Source: Octopus sinensis
Lineage: Eukaryota
Assembly: GCF_006345805.1 (NCBI RefSeq)
Contig: NW_021826107.1
Coordinates: 1 to 13,638, forward strand
Length of the DNA stretch: 13,638 nt
Direction of reading: 5' to 3'
The notes under the pieces were generated by a model. It ran no database searches and was not told where the DNA came from. It saw nothing but the letters and a program-made list of their open reading frames with translations. Of the stretch, positions 9,175-13,638 are shown piece after piece. Position 1 is the stretch's first letter. Each line of letters opens with the position of its first letter. Both the position numbers and the translations under genes were made by a program.

Positions 9175-9268
9175 ATGTATATGTATATATACACATATAT
9201 ACATATATTTATATATATATATATATATAATATATACAATATATAATATATTATTATATATATATATA

Positions 9269-9319
<51 letters not shown>

Positions 9320-9336
9320 AGATATATATATATATA
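9175..9336. repeat. Imperfect (TA)n microsatellite
   Basis: Seen directly. Confidence 0.9.
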
Positions 9337-9426
9337 CTTGATAACTGTAAGCACCCGTATATGCCAGTTAGTGGTGTAGGTGATAGGGTATATTTATCAA
9401 AAGAAAAACAGGATGCAAAGGATTTA

Positions 9427-9513
9427 GCGGTACATATGTTTCTGGCTTTATTGGACAGTTTATATCAATGCATAATTGATGTAACATGTATGTCAATAGC
9501 CTTCTTCAGCCGC
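9427..9513 (-). ncRNA. Type I hammerhead ribozyme motif, all catalytic-core residues present, A.A opposition at the base of stem II
   Basis: Minus strand: GCGG-CTGAAGA-A-GGCT..(extended hairpin)..AGCC-A-GAA-AC-[ATAT]-GT-A-CCGC. Stem I is GCGG/CCGC, stem III is the palindrome ACATATGT, and the predicted cut follows GUA (between 9431 and 9430). Confidence 0.7.
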
Positions 9514-9924
9514 GCACAATTACCACACCAAAGACATGTATTACATTATAGCAGGTTTGAGAAGAAGTTTGGGAAAAAGACGAGTTTCGTTGGGGATGCA
9601 AATCCTCATAGTCGTATATAGCACATATATATATGCATTGGTGTAAATAGAGAGCTGCCTTTAGTATGTAAAAAAAAAAGACTATATTCAAGTTTGATGG
9701 TGTTTATTTTATTAAGTATTATTTAATTTTCTTTATTAGTCCTTGTTTGAAACTTACAGTAATTAGCGATGACAACACACCATTACAAATGGCGATGACA
9801 ACAAGCCATGACAAAATTATTGCGTCCAGAAACGTCATAGATTCAAACACAACCCCAAAAAATCTTATATGGAAATATGAAGAAACCGTAATTGAAACAA
9901 CATCACATTTTTATCATATAGACA

Positions 9925-10040
9925 TATATACACATGCATACACACGCTCACACACACAAATACACACACACACGCACACGCACACATGCATTCACACACA
10001 CACACATACACATACACATACCTTTATGTATACATACATG
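9925..10040. repeat. (CA)n/(TACA)n microsatellite
   Basis: Seen directly. Confidence 0.9.
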
Positions 10041-10482
10041 GAAAAATCAAATTGATTGTGACTTGTCTGAATAGCCTTAATCGACATTTGTATTTTCTGT
10101 CAAAAATTATTTTGACTTCGATCCTTTTGACACTTCTTAGCCTCATCCGTTCACATTTTGATAATCTCATTCACGTATACTCTGTCCTTGTTTCCTATTG
10201 CGCTAAAGCGTAGTAAATAAGCACTTCGCGTTCATTTTATTTCTTCTACTGTCACTTCCTCACCCTCTATTCGCTTTTATACTCCGCTTCTTCAGAACTG
10301 CATTCTTCCCCTGACAGCAAATGAATGCACATTGCTAAATATTTTATCTGGATTAAAATATTATATGTATATAGATTTGCGTTTAGTAAACGTTTGCATT
10401 TAATACGTCTTCTGAGACCATACGTTGAAATCGAAATAGTTACTCAAAGAAAGTGTCAAACTAGCCATTTAAAATTCATATG

Positions 10483-10906
10483 TAGGTCGTCGTCGACTTA
10501 CGACCTATCCGACTTACGACCGATCGACTTTTCAACGATTGGCGCGCCAGGTCCCGGCAGCAATAATATATAGTCCAGTTGAAATCTAATGGGTTTAATT
10601 TGCGGATGATGTCAGCTAATAAAAACGCTTCCCTAGGTTTGGTTATCGATCACCACTGTGCTGGATGACTATCCTGTCGCGGAGACATCGAGGCAATCTC
10701 GTATCTGTGTATAAGACGACTGCTTGAGATTCCGAAATTTTTGACTAATAGCAGTATAATAGTATTATACAAAATGCTGTATGTGACTTTTACCTGAGAA
10801 TGTACCTTAAGAATGTAAAAGTATAAAACAAAGCTATGTAGGCTTATAGGCCGAGTTACGACCAGTCAGGCGGAACCAGTTGTGGTCGTAAGTCGACGAT
10901 GACCTG
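10483..10906. mobile_element. pogo/Tigger-like MITE, 23-bp TIRs
   Basis: TAGGTCGTCGTCGACTTACGACC (10483-10505) matches the reverse complement of 10884-10906 (CAGGTCATCGTCGACTTACGACC). The right flank is TA and the left is TG. Subterminal GA(C/G)TTACGACC copies lie at 10511-10521 and ~10854-10863. The CAGGT..TCGACTTACGAC start resembles Tigger TIRs. Confidence 0.75.
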
Positions 10907-10949
10907 TATGCCATTATATTCACTTGTGCGATAATAATGCCGTTATTGG

Positions 10950-11165
10950 AAAGGCAACGCGCTGGCAGAAAATTTAGCACGCTTGGTGAAATGCATAGCA
11001 GTATTTCGTCTGTCTTTACGTTCTGAGTTCAAATTCTGCTGAGGCCGACTTTGCCTTTCATCCTTTCGGAGTCGATAAATTAAGCACCAGTTGCGTACTG
11101 GGGTCGATCTAATCGACTTGGCCCCCTACTCCAAAATTTCGAGCCTTGCGCTTAGAGTAGAAAAG
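10950..11165 (+). mobile_element. tRNA-SINE, same head and core as 3441-3670 but a different 3' tail; 17-bp TSD
   Basis: A box ~10963, B box GAGTTCAAATT (11025-11035). TSD is AATAATGCCGTTA(T/A)TGG at 10933-10949 / 11166-11182. Confidence 0.9.
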
Positions 11166-11490
11166 AATAATGCCGTTAATGGTTATCGACGAAGACTTGG
11201 TATCACCAGGCACTGTGTCTTTCGCTACAAGCAGGCAGAGGCACGCTCTGGACCCCGTTCCACCCTTGCCCACAACGGAAAGACTGTTTTCTAATGTCTC
11301 TTTAGTCAATAATAAATAATAGGAGCTTGTTTCTACATGCATCCACAACTTATAAAATGCTCAAATGTTTTGAAACCATTTATAGAATGCAATGTAAGGT
11401 GACACCAGACTCCAGTAACGAATTATTGACGTGTATCTACACGATTTTATCAAATCATATGTATGTTTGTATGTACGTGTAAACATACAT

Positions 11491-11893
11491 AGGCGCAGGA
11501 GTGGTAAGTAGCTTGCTAACCAACCACATGGTTCCGAGTTCAGTCCCACTGTGTGGCATCTTGGGCAAGTGTCTTCTGCTATAGCCTCGGGCCGACCAAA
11601 GCCTTGTGAGTGAATTTGGTAGACGGAAACTGAAAGAAGCCTGTCGTATATATGTATATATATATGTATGCGTGTGTATATGTTTGTGTGTCTGTGTTTG
11701 CCCCCCCCCCGCCCTAGCATTGCTTGACAACCGACGCTGGTGTGTTTACGTCCCCGTCACTTAGCGGTTTGGCAAAAGAGTGCTGGGCTTACAAAGAATA
11801 AGTCCCGGGGTCGATTTGCTCGACTAAAAGCGGTGCTCCAGCATGGCCGCAGTCAAATGACTGAAACAATTAAAAGAGTAAAAGAGAAAAGAG
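11491..11893 (+). mobile_element. Full-length octopus-type tRNA-SINE (8-nt deletion in A-box region)
   Basis: Colinear with 6646-7066. B box GAGTTCAGTCC (11536-11546), AAAAGAGT-type 3' repeats. Confidence 0.9.
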
Positions 11894-12062
11894 TATACAC
11901 ACACCCACGCACACAAACACACATATAGTTGTACATTCACTCATAATTTTATATTTTTATATAAATGACAGCTCAATACTTACCATTTTAAAAATGATTT
12001 GATAATGCACGATACAGAGTCCTAAGCTCACGCATCAATACATTTTTTTATTATAACCATAT

Positions 12063-12117
12063 GGCGGTGCCCCAGCATGGCCACAGCTCATGAGCTGAAA
12101 CTAGAATCAATCAATCA
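12063..12117 (+). mobile_element. Tail-only (5'-truncated) retroposon fragment related to the SINE 3' end
   Basis: GGCGGTGCCCCAGCATGGCCACAGCTCATGAGCTGAAAC plus (AATC)n, compared with the SINE tail GCGGTGCTCCAGCATGGCCGCAGTCAAATGACTGAAAC. Confidence 0.7.
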
Positions 12118-12294
12118 TATTAAATAGTTTTATTATAACTTATATAAGAAAAACTTTAATAATTGCCATAGACGGAAGTCAAAAAAGATTTATTAACAAC
12201 CTGCAATGTACTTCTTCTTGTAATGCTTTTTCAAAATTATGAATGGCATATATCTTCGTATAATGTCCATTCTAAAAAATATAAATAAAAAAAT

Positions 12295-12691
12295 AATTCA
12301 TAAATAAGGGCAAACGAAATTTCTAATGCCAAATATGCCGAAAAGATCAGTTCAAATCGCACGTGTCTCGAATGGGCTGGAGTATTTCTATTTTGGATAT
12401 ATTTGTGGTGCTTAATTGTGCTCATGACTTAGTGTTTGCTTCTTCCATGGGTATGAGTAAGGATCTCATTTATTTCTTTTGCCACATGTATCACTGACGA
12501 AGGGAGGGCTGTTATAAGCTAACCCTGAAATCGGTCCGATATGGTAATAATGGAATTTTTTAGAAATTTCTGTCGACCTTTTTTCGAGTAGCGTGCGGAT
12601 TGTGAAAAAATTAATGGTTAATGGACAATATGTCCAATTTTTCGACATATTTGGCATTAGAAATTTTTTCGTTTGCCCTTATTTATGAATT
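12295..12691. mobile_element. ~400-bp element bounded by ~50-bp inverted repeats, with a central hammerhead
   Basis: 12295-12344 matches the reverse complement of 12639-12691 (one substitution, one 3-nt A-run indel). The true outer ends and TSD are not resolved. Confidence 0.7.
12489..12546 (+). ncRNA. Type I hammerhead ribozyme with fully intact core
   Basis: TATCA-CTGACGA-AGGG(AG)GGCT-GTTATA-AGCT(AA)CCCT-GAA-ATCGGTCCGAT-A-TGGTA. Stem I is 5 bp, stem II is 4+4 bp, stem III is ATCG/CGAT. The NUH triplet is AUA, with a predicted cut after 12541. Confidence 0.85.
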
Positions 12692-12994
12692 GTTTATGAA
12701 TTTAACCTTTAAAGGTATTTTTTAATATGCTGGCCATTGATAAAATTCTTTTGGGAAGAGAATTTTTTTCGAAAAAAAATTTTATCCTACATTAGATATA
12801 AATTTTTAAAAATAGATACAAACGAATGACATCATAGTTTCACACCTCAAAACCCAGGCTAAATTAGAAAACAAACCAAAATAACAACTCTGCTGTTCGC
12901 ATTACATTTTCTGGTTCTATGCTCCAACGTTGCCTGAATCATGAAGTTTTCCTTAATAATTTCTATGATATATATTTTTTTCAAGAATACCATA

Positions 12995-13227
12995 CGGGTA
13001 TATGGCGTAGTGGTTAAGAGCGCGGGCTACAAACCCCAAGATTCCGAGTTCGATTCTAGGCAGTGACTTAAATAATAATAATAATAATAATAACAATAAT
13101 AATAACAATAATAATAATAATAATATAATATCGAAAAATACCCTTGGAATGAGAACCCAGGTTCGAAATTTCCCCAATATATTTGATGAAGGCTGGAGGG
13201 TATATCAGCCGAAACGTTGTGTTAGCA
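12995..13227 (+). mobile_element. tRNA-headed SINE-like element: tRNA-like head, (AAT)n spacer, hammerhead-containing tail
   Basis: A box TGGCGTAGTGG (13003-13013), B box GAGTTCGATTC (13046-13056), (AAT/AAC)n 13071-13125, HHR motif 13178-13223. Confidence 0.8.
13178..13223 (+). ncRNA. Minimal type I hammerhead motif, C3U variant (probably decayed copy)
   Basis: TATAT-TTGATGA-A-GGCTG-GAGGGTATAT-CAGCC-GAA-ACGT-T-GTGTT. Stem II is 5 bp, stem III is the palindrome ACGT (dimer only), the site is GUU, and stem I is held by A-U and G.U pairs. Confidence 0.65.
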
Positions 13228-13254
13228 CCCGGGGCACAATTACATTTAAAAGTC

Positions 13255-13350
13255 AAGATTAATCAGCCGAAATTGCGAAGATGATCCGGTTCTTGACTGA
13301 AGATTGAAGGCTTCGAATGTCCCGTCCGTGTTTTTTGTATCGTCTTCTAT
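13255..13350. repeat. Fragment of an unclassified interspersed repeat
   Basis: GC-richer island between AT-rich flanks. It shares ATCAGCCGAAA with the upstream HHR (13204-13214 vs 13262-13272). Confidence 0.35.
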
Positions 13351-13394
13351 GTTTTCACATTCTTGTCCCAGTTTGTATTTTTTTACATTTACAT

Positions 13395-13426
13395 ATATAA
13401 TAATATATATATATATATATATTAAT

Positions 13427-13481
<55 letters not shown>

Positions 13482-13490
13482 GGGGGGGGG
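13395..13490. repeat. (TA)n + (AG)n + G-run microsatellite block
   Basis: Seen directly. Confidence 0.95.
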
Positions 13491-13638
13491 ATATTTTGGG
13501 TTGTTTTGTTGATGCGGTTCCTGTTATACTTGTTCTTATAGGCATATCTTGTAATCTTTTAATTTTTTGCTTACTTTTACATTGTGATACAATAAAATGA
13601 ACCAAGCATCTTTTATATTTTTTTCTTTTCCATTTTCT

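Noticed and set aside
10265-10296. Minus-strand CTGAAGA-A-GC...GC-GAAT
   Set aside because: A15.1 is missing and stem II is only 2 bp.
11190-11290. Possible minus-strand exon (FRCGQGWNG, EGF-like look)
   Set aside because: There is no polypyrimidine tract, the donor is poor, and the EGF cysteine spacing is absent.
12995-13066. Functional tRNA gene
   Set aside because: The A and B boxes are present, but the anticodon and acceptor stems do not pair properly, and it runs into an (AAT)n linker and repeat tail. It is a SINE head.
13262-13320. CAGCCGAAA...CTGAAGA as a permuted (type II) hammerhead
   Set aside because: Stem I cannot form, and the sequence after the core does not pair with CAGCC in register.
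1807-13605. ORFs rich in YI/IY, HT/CV, RE/SL, poly-L/I
   Set aside because: These are translations of TA, CA, AG and AAT microsatellites or SINE interiors, with no domain signal.

Overview
AT-rich, repeat-saturated eukaryotic non-coding DNA (intron or intergenic). The tRNA-derived SINE families and the TA/CA microsatellite load point to an octopus (coleoid cephalopod) genome; this is pattern recognition, not a database result. I find no intact host gene. Almost all ORFs in the track are microsatellite or repeat read-throughs. The only protein-like signals I recognise are a decayed RTE-type LINE ORF2 C-terminus (~428-815, +) and the 3' end of an Hsmar1-like mariner transposase with its TIR (2607-2904, -). 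The window also holds several tRNA-SINEs, two non-autonomous Helitron-like pieces, several MITE/fold-back elements and three ~290-bp near-perfect palindromes. The main result is four different type I hammerhead ribozyme (HHR) motifs plus a possible degenerate fifth, each in a different small repeat context. One has a fully intact core and lies at the centre of an inverted-repeat-bounded element (12489-12546). One forms the 3' part of a tRNA-headed SINE (13178-13223). Two have long stem II inserts (5528-5654 +, 9427-9513 -). All have palindromic stem III sequences of the Penelope/retrozyme dimer type. All folds were done by eye and none has been tested.
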